Assembly: GCF_036321535.1 (NCBI RefSeq) | Contig: NC_087437.1 | Coordinates: forward strand, 1,736,001 to 1,800,000 | Origin: Camelus dromedarius | Taxonomy: Eukaryota | Direction: 5' to 3' | Length of the DNA: 64,000 bases | Part shown: piece after piece, positions 39,324-51,430 of the stretch | Numbering within the stretch: position 1 is the stretch's first letter | How the letters are laid out: every line of letters starts with the position of its first letter | Position numbers and translations under genes: made by a program | Notes under the pieces: model-generated | What the model was told of the DNA's origin: nothing | The model's input: the letters and a program-made list of their open reading frames with translations, nothing else | The model's database searches: none

Positions 39324-39823
39324 TAGAATTACTTTCCTATTGCTGTTATAAAAGATAGCCACAAAATCAGTAACTTCAAACAATACAAATTTATTACCTC
39401 ACCATTATGGACGTTAGAAGTCCAAAATGGGTTTCACTGGGCTAAGATCAAAGAGTTGGCAGAGCTGCATCCTTCTATCTCCTTGCCTCTTCCAGCTCCT
39501 AGACACTATGCCTCCTTCATCCCCTGGTGGTGGCCCCTTCCTCCTCATGCCAGCAGCACAGCATCCTCAGTCTCCTGGACTCTGCTTCCATCAGCACGTC
39601 TCCTTCTCAGACTCGAACACCCCTGCCTCCTTCTTACAGGGACCTCATGATGAAATCTGGCCCCCAGATAACCCAGAATAATCTCTGTGCCACAAGAACT
39701 TTCATGCAATCACATATTCCAAGTCTCTTTTGTCATATGACATATTCACAATTTCCAGGGATTAGGATGTGGCTATTTTTAGGAGTGTGTGGGGGAAGGG
39801 GAGGCATTATTCTGCTTACCAGA
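39324..39823 (-). mobile_element. ERVL-MaLR solo LTR, MLT1C-like
   Basis: tttcctattgctg...caaatttatt...agaagtccaaaatgggtttcactgggctaagatcaaag...ttccagggattaggatgtgg...cattattctgcttacc. Confidence 0.9.
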
Positions 39824-39839
39824 ACATTCCATCCTATCT

Positions 39840-40510
39840 GCTTCTCGTTAAAACCAGCTACTTACTTCCTGGTCACCCCTTCTTCTCACTGGTGAAAACG
39901 TTAGCACTGTCTTTTTTGAGCCATCATGCTTTCTGCTGTCACTCAATGTGTGTACAAAGATGATTTGGCCCTCACCCTATCTCTCAGTCCTTCACTGTCA
40001 TCATTTCTGAAGAACTTTACCTCCATCCCAACTCGCCCACCTCTTCCCATAATTATACTCTGGACACCTTAAGAAAACCTCAGTCTCAAGTATCCTGTGA
40101 TGGCCCTGGCTCACTTTCTCAATTTTCAGGACCACCGGGTGTTCTTCCTTGCAGTACAACGGGAACTGCACCATGAGGCAGTCCCACTAACACACCACCA
40201 AACCAGAACTGACCTCCATCAAGACCTTCGAGCTGTTGACCTCCAGAACATCTTTGATGGTCATTCCTCTGTTCATGTCCTACCTCAGCCCCTACCCAGT
40301 GTAGACCCCATGGTCCATCACTATAACCAGGCCCTGAACTCCCTTGTCCTCTCCCCTGCATCACAGACACCTGGAACACAGCAATACTGATTAAAGCAAA
40401 TGTTCAACCCCCACTTCACCTGCACACAAACAGCTGAACATGGTTTATGACAAACATGAAACCAAGCTGATTTGATCTCACTTTAAATGCCATCTTTACA
40501 ATGATGAATC
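39840..40510 (+). mobile_element. L2 internal fragment
   Basis: ccatggtccatcactataacc...ctcccttgtcctctccc; accaagctgatttgatctcactttaaat. Confidence 0.55.
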
Positions 40511-40539
40511 CTAAAATACATCCAGCCACAACTCCCTAG

Positions 40540-41490
40540 AAATCTAGGTTCCCAAATGCAATGAGTACACCAAGTGCTTCAGCCCTGGTCTCTAAACTCC
40601 ACCTTCCACTAAAAGGAAACCCCAGTTCCTTGAAGGAATAGTTGATTCCAGCATAAACATAAGATGATCCTGGAAAATGTATTTGCAGAAAGTAAGGAAG
40701 TACTCAGAATGATGGGGGCATGTCAGAAGTTACAGGACCCGGCTTGGAGGGGCTCTCACTGGCCAAACTTTGGGCAATTTGAGCATCAAAATAAATTATG
40801 ATGGTAACAGGTACAAATAAATAATAGGAGAGAAGGAAAGTTCCTTCTTACAGCAGAATGCCTGTTAATAAACGAGAACAGAATGATTAAGTTTTTTAAA
40901 AAAATCACCATTTGGCTCCCACCACAGTGGTGGCTGACTGAGGTGGCAGGCATCCCTGGACACTCATGTTGGTGGGGGAGGTCTGACCAGGGACAGGTGC
41001 TGGTGTAGTCCTGGCATATCTCCCCACAAAATACAGATCAGTTACAAAGGGAAATCTGATCAAGGTGGACACTGGCAGGGGTGGGATACAGTGACATCAC
41101 ATGTCTCCCGACGAGAAGTACTGAGAGCAGCATCAGTTATGCAGTATTTCTGCCAAAATGCAACCTCTGTCTGGGTATGAGGAAATGCTGGGCAGACTCA
41201 GGATGAGGGACATCCTGGAGGATGAAAGGCCTGGGCTCTTTAGAATTGTCCACATTGTTAAGATGGCAAAAGACTAAGAAACCTATACAGACTAAAAGAG
41301 GCAGGAGAACATAGCAACTAAACGCAACCCACAGATGCCGGAGCAGAAGCAGAGAGAGATGGCAGGATGCCTGGTGAAACATGAGCAGGGTCTGTGGGCA
41401 GGACTGACAGTGCCACATGAACCCTGACTTCCTGATTCCAACAGTCATGTTGTGGTTATGTAGGTGGGCATTCTTGGACTCTTTTAAAAA
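40540..41490 (+). mobile_element. L1MC3/L1MD-type 3' region
   Basis: ccactaaaaggaaacccc...ggctctcactggccaaactttgggcaatttgagcatcaaaataaat...gtatttctgccaaaatgcaacct. Confidence 0.8.
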
Positions 41491-41519
41491 TTATTCACAA
41501 ATGCAAACAAGCTCACAGC

Positions 41520-42040
41520 CCTTCCCTACAAAAAAAAATCCCTCCATCTTAAGGGGACAAGTCTTCCACTTAAAATAAAATCTAAACTCTTCACTCTTTC
41601 CTATGCCCCTTAAAGCCCCTGGCTCACCCCCACTGCCCCCCAACCTCACTACCTCCCACTCCCGCCAGCCGACTCCATCTGCCTCCCCTGAGGCATGCCC
41701 AGGGAGTGGGCCAGCTCTGCCCAGGGCCCTGCTGCCTGCTGCTCCCCTGCCTGCACTGGGCTTCACTTCATTGCATCAGTCAGGTCTCTGCTTGAAGGTC
41801 CCTTTCCCAAGACACCTCCCCTGACCACACCAGGGGTCTTCAGCTCCACCTCTGCACCCTGCTGTGTTTTCTTAGCAGCACTTAACACTATCTGTAGCTC
41901 TAAGATGTCTGTGTTTACTTGCTTGTTGTCTGTCTCCCACACTAGAATGTAATTCCTTCAGGGACATCCTGTGCACCATGGTATTCCCATTACCTATGTG
42001 CCTGATACACTGTGGGCATTTGATAAATATTTGCTAACCT
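41520..42040 (+). mobile_element. L2 3' end
   Basis: gtgtttacttgcttgttgtctgtctcccacactagaatgtaattccttcaggg...ataaatatttgct. Confidence 0.8.
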
Positions 42041-44039
42041 GACACATTAGCACAAATGTATGCATAATGTTTACAAAAGAGAAATAAAATCACCTGAAGA
42101 TGTAGATTCACCATGAATGTCAAAGTAACAGAGTTAGTGACACTAACCACTAGCAACATCAGGAACAGGCCACCAAACCAGAGGTGTGCCATTCATAACA
42201 GAATTTATGTAATTATAGGGTACTGAAACCAGAGATAGACTTATAGCAACTTAACTGACAACCTGCCCTGTAAGCAGTAGAAAAGGTAGGTAGAGACAGT
42301 CTCAGGGAAAAAGCCTGTTGGAACTGACCAAATGACAAATATCTTCATAATAATATAAAGCCAAATCTGGAAGACATATCTAGAGTTCAAAAATGCATAC
42401 TCCAGTGCTCTGTATATGCATCGAGAATGAAAATCAAGCAAATAAAACACCACCACAGCTCTTTGCAGCAGTGGAAAAAGCAAAAGAAACAGAGCCGCTA
42501 CACAAATGAGACAGATTGATGGCATGAAGGAAAACCTGACAGAAATAAATGGGGCTGCAGGAAACAATCATGATGGTGAAAGAGAAATGAAAGTAACCAT
42601 TTCATCCAGCACTCCGAAGCACAGTGATAAAGGAAAGCAGAACTCAAAATAAAAATCCAACCTAAAAACTATCTGCAGATAATGAATACATACACTCACA
42701 TTACTGCTTAGCAGGAAAATACATGATACAAAAAGGATGCTGATAAAATTTCAATCTAAAACATGATTATTAAATGGAAGCTATATCAAATCATAGGGGA
42801 AAAGATTGACTTTAAAAATTTTCTCCAATGTATGAAAAATAATGCCAATTTATGGTGAAATAGGTATCATAATAAAAATCCATGGAAAATCCTACAATGT
42901 AAAAATTGGGTGATAAAAATAACAAATACTATACAGACCTAAATGTGAATTATTTGAGAGCAGGAATATATTAGCTCATTAATTTTATCCCAACCCCATT
43001 TTGGGTCCTTGGTAAAATTTGAATTTCACTTAAGTGAACAAAATTACACAGGACAAGTTATTACTTTAAATGTGATTTTTTTTTTTTTATCGGTCAGAGG
43101 GAGTTGGGGAATTCCAGGCAGAAGACATCTTTCTACAAAGCAACTGAGACAGAAAACAACAAGACAAGTGGGGAAAGCCCTTCGGAAAATCAACAGTAAA
43201 TATGGCAGCCATATGTCCAGAAGCCATCCGTTGGTCAGAAGTGATACTCTAAGAGAAAAGAGAAGGGGCAGAAGTTAAGCCTGACCCAGTAAAAGGGCAG
43301 AGGCTTTGGCAATCAGAAGGATGTTGTATGTGAAACAGCTACAGAAATATTCCCCAGGTTGCGGGTGCTGGGGGACACTTCTGAGTGAGCTCTGCTCTCT
43401 TGTTAACCAGCCACACCTGCAGACTCTGCTCGGGGAGTGAATGGACCGTGCCGTCAACCTCCCAGAAGACAAGGAAAGGGAGACGAGGGGTCTAAACAAC
43501 GTTAGGTGCAAAGAGGCATTTCTCCAAGTGCAAATGAGCAAACCGCGCAAGACAGGCTCATTGAATAAAGAAAGGGCAGGCGGCGGAAGATGACACTTGC
43601 GTGGAGACCCAATCCTTGGAGTGCGGACCCAGGGACAGATGCCCACCACTTACAGAAGGGAATCTCTCTCTCGCATGGGAGACCCCCACGTCTACTCCCA
43701 GGCAGCTGACTGGGAATTAGAAGGAAGACACGTAATCCTAGCAGCTGGGCTCCCTTCAAATGCATGACGCTTATGAACTGCAAGAAGGGCCCTTCTCGCG
43801 GTGAGGGGTCCCGCTGTTGGCCCAGTTCCTCTCCCAGCCCCGGCATGACGACTGCGTGTGCCTTTCCCCATGCCTCCCACGTGGCCTCCTTCCTCCTCGC
43901 TGCAGTTTGTTCCTGCTTCTCTGTGGAAGTAAATGCGATGACAGGCTCCTGCACACAGCCACCCCTTATCTGCCCAGCGCCCGGTCTGTGCCTGGATATT
44001 CTGCCCCCAGACCCACCGCTGTAGATGCCCTGGCTGTGC

Positions 44040-45330
44040 TCCCCTCTCCGGCCACACCTGCATTCGCACTCGATCCAGGAATTCCAGCAATCCCACCCTG
44101 TCTCTCGCTGTCACCAGCTCTTCCCTCTCCTCTTCTTTACTGTCCCTTACAACCAACTTCATCTTCACTCTCCAGTTTCTTTTTTCCCATTGACTCTGGA
44201 AGCCACTCCAGGTAGGTTTTCATCAACATCACTTCATCAAACTGTTCCTCAAAGGTAACGTCCAAGTGGTGGAGGTGTCAGGGTTCCTTGCTGAGTGGAC
44301 GCAGCAGCAGCAGCGGGCAGGGCTGGCCCGCCTTCCTCGTGGTCCTGGGCGCCACACCCACCAGTGCCCCTGCCGCTCTGCCTGTTCCCTCTTGGTCGCC
44401 CGGATCTCTAAATATTGGCGAGCTCGGCACTCACTTTAAAAAACCTCTTCTCTCTTCTACCTATGCTTTCTCCCTTAGTGATCTCATCTATTCTCATGAT
44501 TTTTAAGCCTTTTGTCATACTGGTAAGTCCCTGTTTTTACTTCCAACCCAGACCTCTCGGAGCATAATTCCAGACTTGTACATCCAACTCCCTGGCTGAC
44601 AGTTCCGCCTGGATGTCTAACAGACATCTCAAAGTGAACGTGCCTAAGACTACGTTCCTGACGTTCACCCTCCAAGCTGCTGCTCTCAGTGACCCCATCC
44701 CAGTGGACAGAAACGTAACCTTCAAAACAACTGAAGCCATCCTTGGCTCTGTTTTCCCTTTCTCCTTTCTTTTACAGGCACACATACACATGTGCACACG
44801 TGAGTGGACACATACACACACTCCTTATCCAACCTGTCAGCAAGTCCCACTGGCACAGCCTTTAAAATACATCCCCAAATCCTACACTCCCTGCCCTCTC
44901 TCCTGCTACCCTCGGGTCCAACCACCTCACTACCTTTGTTTGGATCATTTAAATTGCCTCCCAGCTGCTCCCCCTGCTTCCATCCCTGTCCCCTTCACAG
45001 TGCTCTCAACAAGACAACCAGAGTAACTTCATTCAAATGTAGGTAGAAACTTCTCATTTCTACTTCCACTCAAAGCTCACCCCTCCTCCAGGGGCTTGTC
45101 AAGTCACTCCAGATAAAAGCCAAAGTCTGTAAATGCTCCAGAAGGCCCTGTAGGACCGTGCATGACCCGGGCCCTTACCTCACTCTCAGGTCTCAGAGCA
45201 ATCACTTTTGCTGTCCCTTCTTTCTGGAAAGTCCTTCCTTCACACACCCACTTAATTCACTCCCTTCCTTCCTGCAGGTCTTTGCTGACACGTCATCCTC
45301 TCAGGCAACATTCACTGAACGAATGAATGA
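44040..45330 (+). mobile_element. L2 (fragmented, with 3' tail)
   Basis: tagtgatctcatctattctcatgatttt...cctggatgtctaacagacatctcaaa; ends in a gaatgaatga tail. Confidence 0.8.
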
Positions 45331-46169
45331 CTCAGTGTTGTCAGCAGAGCTGCTGTGCTGACTCAGGCCAGGAACTGCAGGATTCCAGTCCCAGTGATGG
45401 AATCACTGGCCAGGGGCAAGAACCCAGACTCCAGGGAGACAGGTCTGTGCTGACACTAAGTTATCTGACAGCGGGGCCTGGACTGGCAATGTCACATTTT
45501 TGCCGTGAAAGTAACCACCACAAGACTTTTTGGTGATGATGACATTAGAACAAAGAGACTTAAATTATCCGGGAGAATACAGGCAAAATCAATCATCCAG
45601 TCACACTGTACAACTGCTGCTCAGATGTGACCCAACACGGCCAGTCTGCACACGGTCAGGACAGAAAGTCGGAGTGAGCACTTAAGAAACTTTGAGAAAC
45701 ACGGCTTTGCTGTGATACATCGGTGAATTTGATCAGGGTACACACCAGTTCAGGTTCCGTGTAGTATGAGCTACATTCTAATCATGTGAAGAAAGACCGT
45801 TAATTAGTCGGCAATGAATTAGAACTTTTAAAAGAAGAAAATGCTGGTCCTTCACCACAGTTTGTGAAGCACCACTGGAAGGGATGCCTTTATAATGAAT
45901 ACTTAATTACCCATCAAATAATAATTCTTCCTTTAAATATATACAAAAATATTAATAGCTGCTTTTCATCTTTTTTTCCTTAGGTCAAACGTCTATTCAA
46001 TGTTCTCTTGACAAAAAATACCCATGACAGGTTGTAATTTGGAAATTCTAAGCTTTTCTTTTAACTGACATTGATAAGTTTACCACTTCCTGGTGACTAC
46101 TTTCTAAAGAATTTTCTTAAAGATCAACAATCTTGTCTTTGGCATATAGATTCTACTAAACATTTTTCA

Positions 46170-46435
46170 GAAAGCTTTCTGATATCAAAGACTTTCCATT
46201 ATAACATTGTAATCTCTTTTCCCAGACCCCCTCGGTACTCCGTATGTCCCCTAAGACAGTTCTCCCCTCATTACACTATAATTATCTGTTTAGTTGTCTG
46301 TTTTCTCTAATGGACTCTAGTATCTGTAAGGTCAGGCATTATGTCTGAATTCTAAAACAATACTTAACAATAGATACTGGCTCATAATAGTCATCCAATA
46401 AACATCTACTGAACAAATGAATAAATAAATAAATT
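46170..46435 (+). mobile_element. L2 3' end
   Basis: tgtttagttgtctgttttctctaatggactct...caataaacatctactgaacaaatgaat. Confidence 0.7.
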
Positions 46436-49392
46436 CATCTCATATAGGTGAGTGAACTCTAGGTGATGGAAAATCCAGAGCCCATCACCTGGAGAAAGGG
46501 AGAGAGAAGTACATGCTTCCTGAACAACAAGACACAGGACCACAGCATAACTCTCAGTCCTGCGTGTGAGTGAGCTTGGTTCCAGAAATTCCCCTGCCTT
46601 TCATCAGACAAAGCTAGTGAAACAGAAGAGGACTTTTGTAAGAGAATACAAAACTGTAAATGAAAATATAAGAAACCAAATCATTTAAGATAACAGCAAG
46701 AAGCACAGTGAAAAGTTCCCTTCGAGCTAGAGTGTGCCGCACAGAATTCCTGTGCTCTGCTGGGCACCCGCGGAAGCACCGGACACGGTAGGGGAGGGAG
46801 AAGGGCCGGGGGCAGAGGTGCTACACCCCCACCCTCCACAGCGCGGCTGACTCCTGTCCCTGCTGTACGGTTCTGATTTTCCTTTGCTTTGCTTTTCTAG
46901 CTTGATGAAAAGAAAGTTTCACATTGCTGCAAATCAGAGGTCTGACTAGCTATTAGCAACTGGCACAGCTTACTTAAAATTTGATAATTCTGAGTTCTGA
47001 CAGTTACAAGTTTTTCTCTTGCTTTGGGAGGCTGGGCCCACCAGGGCTCCCCATCCTGCACTCATTCTGATGGCTACATCCATTGGGGTATCGTAGAAGC
47101 TGTGACAGAAGCACACACTGCATACAAGTGGTGAAGGGTCAAAAAAGACTCCACAGGACGCTTACAGGTCTTAGCGAAATCTCAGATGATTAGGAGCCAC
47201 TGCCCAGGCAGACGGGCTTCGAAGAAGGGTCACTTTCATCCACTGATCCAGTACTCGGGGACAACATCCCATGCCCTGAGTACTCACGGCACGCCGCCGG
47301 GCCCACAGCAAAACACCCTGGAAAAGCATGCCTGTGTCTGCGGGTCTCGCCCCCACCAGTCTGGACGCCCAGGGACAGCACAGACCGCGTCTCCAGGTTC
47401 TAGTACCCAGCATGGTCCCCGCATGTGGAAGACATCAGTAACTGTTAACGGAGAAGACAATAAGCCATTTTCACTGATGACTTATAAGTGTTTTTGCCAT
47501 ATTTGGCATCTCTTTAATGATTACATCATTCAGGTCAATTGCAGATAGTGTTTTTCATGAGATTCCACCCAAGTTTCCTCAAAAATATACAAATAGTGTC
47601 ATTTCTAATTCAAATGTGGTACCTAAAATTTTTTACCTTTATTTACTCCTGATCTACATCATCTGTCTCATGATACAAATGTTACAGTTATGCCAATTTA
47701 CCACTTTGTAATAAATTACGAATTTGCCTTGAAGAGAGTTTTTATAAAACTATTATCCAAGTCCTATAGGGTATAATTAAATGTCAGACTAGCCCTCAGG
47801 GACCTCTTACTTTGAAATGAAATTTTAGAGCCAAAGAGTGGCCGTAACCTTTACTGAAGTCATGCCTAAAATGCTAGTTTGAATTTAACAAACTAATCAG
47901 ATCTCCTAAAAGGTTAGTCACGCTCTCTGATGGGAATACTTCCAATCTCCTCCCCACCAAAAGGATCAATATGGAAATTATTGTAAAACAAGAGTGCGTT
48001 TTTCAAAGGGTGCTGTGAGTCTTCAAGCTGGAGCCCCGGGCATCAAGCAACTCAGGGTTAGGATCTTGGCCAGGTTGTCAACTGGCCCTCAGGCCTCTGG
48101 CAGTTTGGAAGAAAAGCAGTAAGAAGCCTTTCAAAGGTCAGCAAAGGTGACCACAATCATCAGTCATTAATTTAATAAGTATTACAGGGCTCTTTCTATG
48201 AGCCAGTCCCTGTAACAAGCACCAGGGCACCAAGATGATCAAGTCCTTGCATCGGAGGAGCTGCAAAGTATTTACCACATGCCTCATAGATAAGCTATCT
48301 CCCTAAAAGTGAGCAAATAAATACATATATTTATTTAGCAGGGAGATTATTCAATGTAGTTTAAGCTGTGTGTCTGAAGATTTCCTCAACTGATCTCCAA
48401 GAAAAGCTGCATGGATAGGGCACTGGATCAGAATTAAAGCCCAGAATTTCACTTCAACTTATGACACTGGCATGCTGAATGATCTTGATAAAATAACCTC
48501 AGATTTCTGAATTTCAGCTCTTCATAGTCAAATAGAAAAAGCAATTCTTTCTATCCTGAATGCGTTCTGAAGACAGCTATGTGAGGCACTAAAAGTCTGA
48601 CACAGGAGAAGAGGTTATCACTCTTACTGACATCAAAGCCTCCAGAGAGAGGGAGAGGGAGAGACTGATTTACTGTATACAGTAAAACCAAAAGATGGCA
48701 TCGCTAATGAAGGAGTTAATGAAATCGCCTCTCAAAGTCTGTGCTTTAAAGTCATAAAAAGTCTCACGTCAATACTTGAAGTTGAGATTAATAAGCAAGG
48801 TGCTTAATGACCACTGCTCAGACCCTCGTCCAAACCCTGCCTCCTGCACCTTCAATTCAACCCATGCATCGCTGCCAGACTAATCTCTGTGAAACCCACT
48901 CCCTTACATCACTCTCTTGCTCAAAAATGAAGTGGTTTCCCATTTTAAGAAATCGTACCTAAATTGCACTGTGTGTCTCATACTATTTGTACATATTATT
49001 TCCTACAATTTCTAGCCAAGTAGTGTGCTTGCTGTCACATAAATACATCATGCCCAACCCTACATCGTATTTGTTCAAGGTGACTGAGTTCTTCCCACCT
49101 TCTGTAACTCCTCAGTCCTTGGAAGATCAAGACCCATAGCAGCCTTAAAGGGCCCTCTCAGGAGCTTCCACCTCTACGAAGCCTTCCTTATTTTCCATCT
49201 TCACTCATTTTACTTTCCTTTAAGATCCTAGTACTAATACCAATGTAAGGGTTAGCCCAAGTCCTCAACTAGTTTTTACCAACTCACGCATAGGATTCTA
49301 ACCCTTATTTTCTGGGTGCTTACTACTATGGATAACACAGGGGCTAACACATAGAAAGACTGTGCTTATGGCGTGAGAACAAACAGGCTCCC

Positions 49393-49948
49393 TGCGGTAT
49401 ACAGAGCAGCCCCCAAAAGATATCCATGCCCTAATCCCTAGAACTTTGAATATGTTACTTCACAAGGCAAAAGGGATTTTGCAAATGTAATGGGGAGATT
49501 ATCCTGGATCATCTGGGTGGGCCCAATCTAATCACTTGAGCTCCTAAAGCAGAGAGATGTAGCAGAATGGAAGTGGAACATTCTCTTGAAGAAGAGTCAA
49601 ACTGTTCCCGGAGAGAGCCACATGGAAAACATAAGGAGTGCAGGGAGCCCCTCGGAGCAGGGATCAGCCCCTGGCTCAGAGCCAGCAAGGAAATGGGGCT
49701 TCAGTCCTACAGCTGCAAGGAACTGACTTCAGATGACTCTTGAGTGGGCTTGGAAGCAGAGTCAACCTCAGAGCATCCATGAGCCCGCTGGCCCCTTGAC
49801 TGTGGCCTTATAAGACTGTAAGGAGAGGAACAGGTCGATCCCTAATGTACTCAGTCTTCTGATCCACAGAACTGTGAAATAAGGAATGGGCCTTGTTTCA
49901 AACTGCTAAACCTGTGGTTTTTATTACAGTAGTAACAGGAAGCTAACC
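49393..49948 (+). mobile_element. ERVL-MaLR solo LTR, MLT1D/E-like
   Basis: cccccaaaagatatccatgccctaatccctagaac...ggcaaaagggattttgca...agccagcaaggaaatgggg...cagaactgtgaaataag. Confidence 0.9.
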
Positions 49949-50971
49949 TGCTCACAAATATGTGGCACAAGGTCAGACAAGAAGGTACACAGGTCAAAGC
50001 GTACATTGAGACATGCTGCTTAAACAGGAGCTAAATGCTGGTAAACTGGTTAGCTAAAGACCAACATGCCCACTGGAACAGAGGAAACAGTCAGGAGCAG
50101 AAAATGTTGCAGTTTTTATGAAGGAAAACCTGGAGAGACGTCCATAGTCAAAATGAATTTTAAAGTCATTAGGTCAAATATATTAGAACTATAGTGTATA
50201 ACAAGGCTTATTTGCTTCAATTGCATTTGAAATAAAGTGAGAAATTTATATAAACATTTCCAAATATTTAGGCAAAACATCCCCTTATGACCCAATGGGT
50301 TTTCTTTGATAGGACTGGGGGTCCAGTCTGTACCACAGAACACGGCAAAGTTATGCAGCCTACAGGGAGACCGTTCACAGAGCTTCAATGTCGTAAATGC
50401 TACATGAATGACATAACCGTCCAGGAGCTCCAAGGAGCAAACAGATAACTGCACCTGATGCTCTTAACTCAGCAGACAGACTGGATACCAGGACAGATAA
50501 ATCAGCAGACCCACAGAGCATGTACCCAAGAGCTCTAAAGGAATAGCCAGTGAAACTACGCTCTTGCTGGTCAAAATCCTGATATGTCATTTACAAGGTC
50601 ACTCAGCCAAATACAGGTAGAGTGTGAAAGTAACCCCGCGGGAAGGGCTCCAGAGAAGATTCTGGCAGCTTGATACTTAGCATTTTTACTTACCTAGCTG
50701 GCACAATGGCAAAGATACAATTAAAGGTAATAACTTTTAATCTAATTAAGGCAGTTTTAAATAACCTTTTTCCCACTTGCAGAATAACATACTCAAAGGA
50801 AAAAATGAAAATGGAAAAAATACATGCATAAATAAAATCATCCACAGTCCCAACATGCAGAGGTAACCAACATGGCTAGTGTTCTGTTAGGTGAGCTCCT
50901 GGTTTATTTATACAGTATCTGTAGTCCAACTTATGTGTAGTATAAAAATAGTATCCCTTTTTTTTAAAGTT

Positions 50972-51056
50972 GTTCAAATTCCCAAGGCTATTCAGCAACA
51001 CAGCAGAATGAGAAGTTGCTGCACATCTGGGTCCGGTCTCCTCCCGGCCGAGTGCA
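50972..51056. repeat. 85-bp element, copy 1 (paired with 54158-54242)
   Basis: Gapless hand alignment to 54158-54242, 68/85 identical. Confidence 0.85.
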
Positions 51057-51219
51057 TTATGGAAAGCACTTTCCACAACTTGAAATTTTAATCTCCTTAC
51101 AGAATTCTATTATATGTTTCTCCTCTTATTTCATTAATAACCTCTATTTGTGGATATATAAGTGGTTTCAGAATTTTTAGTTTTTTACATGCATTTTTGT
51201 ACACATCTCTGAGAGTAAT

Positions 51220-51430
51220 AGGAGGCAAAGTAAAACCCTGGCTTCTCCATTCACTAGCTAAGTGATATCAGGCAAGTTACTTTATGCACTTCACTTTTTT
51301 AACCTAAAATCTGGATATAACCACAGTACCTCCCTCACAGGTTATGGTGAGTTAGATAATTTAATATATGTAAAAAGCAAAGAGCATTGAAGGCATAGTG
51401 AGGGGACTAGAGAAGTTAACTACCATTGCT
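51220..51430 (+). mobile_element. MIR
   Basis: ccctggcttctccattcactagct...ggcaagttactt...cagtacctccctcacaggttatggtgag. Confidence 0.8.

Noticed and set aside
43400..44420. GC/CpG-elevated region as a CpG-island promoter
   Set aside because: CpG density is modest and patchy and part of the region is L2-derived; no island-like core was visible.
47288..47317. 30-nt AG/GT-bounded minus-strand segment with a VFCCGP frame resembling the NADPH-oxidase C-terminal motif
   Set aside because: All three frames are open in a GC-rich patch, the flanking residues do not match NOX proteins, and no other NOX-like exons are present.
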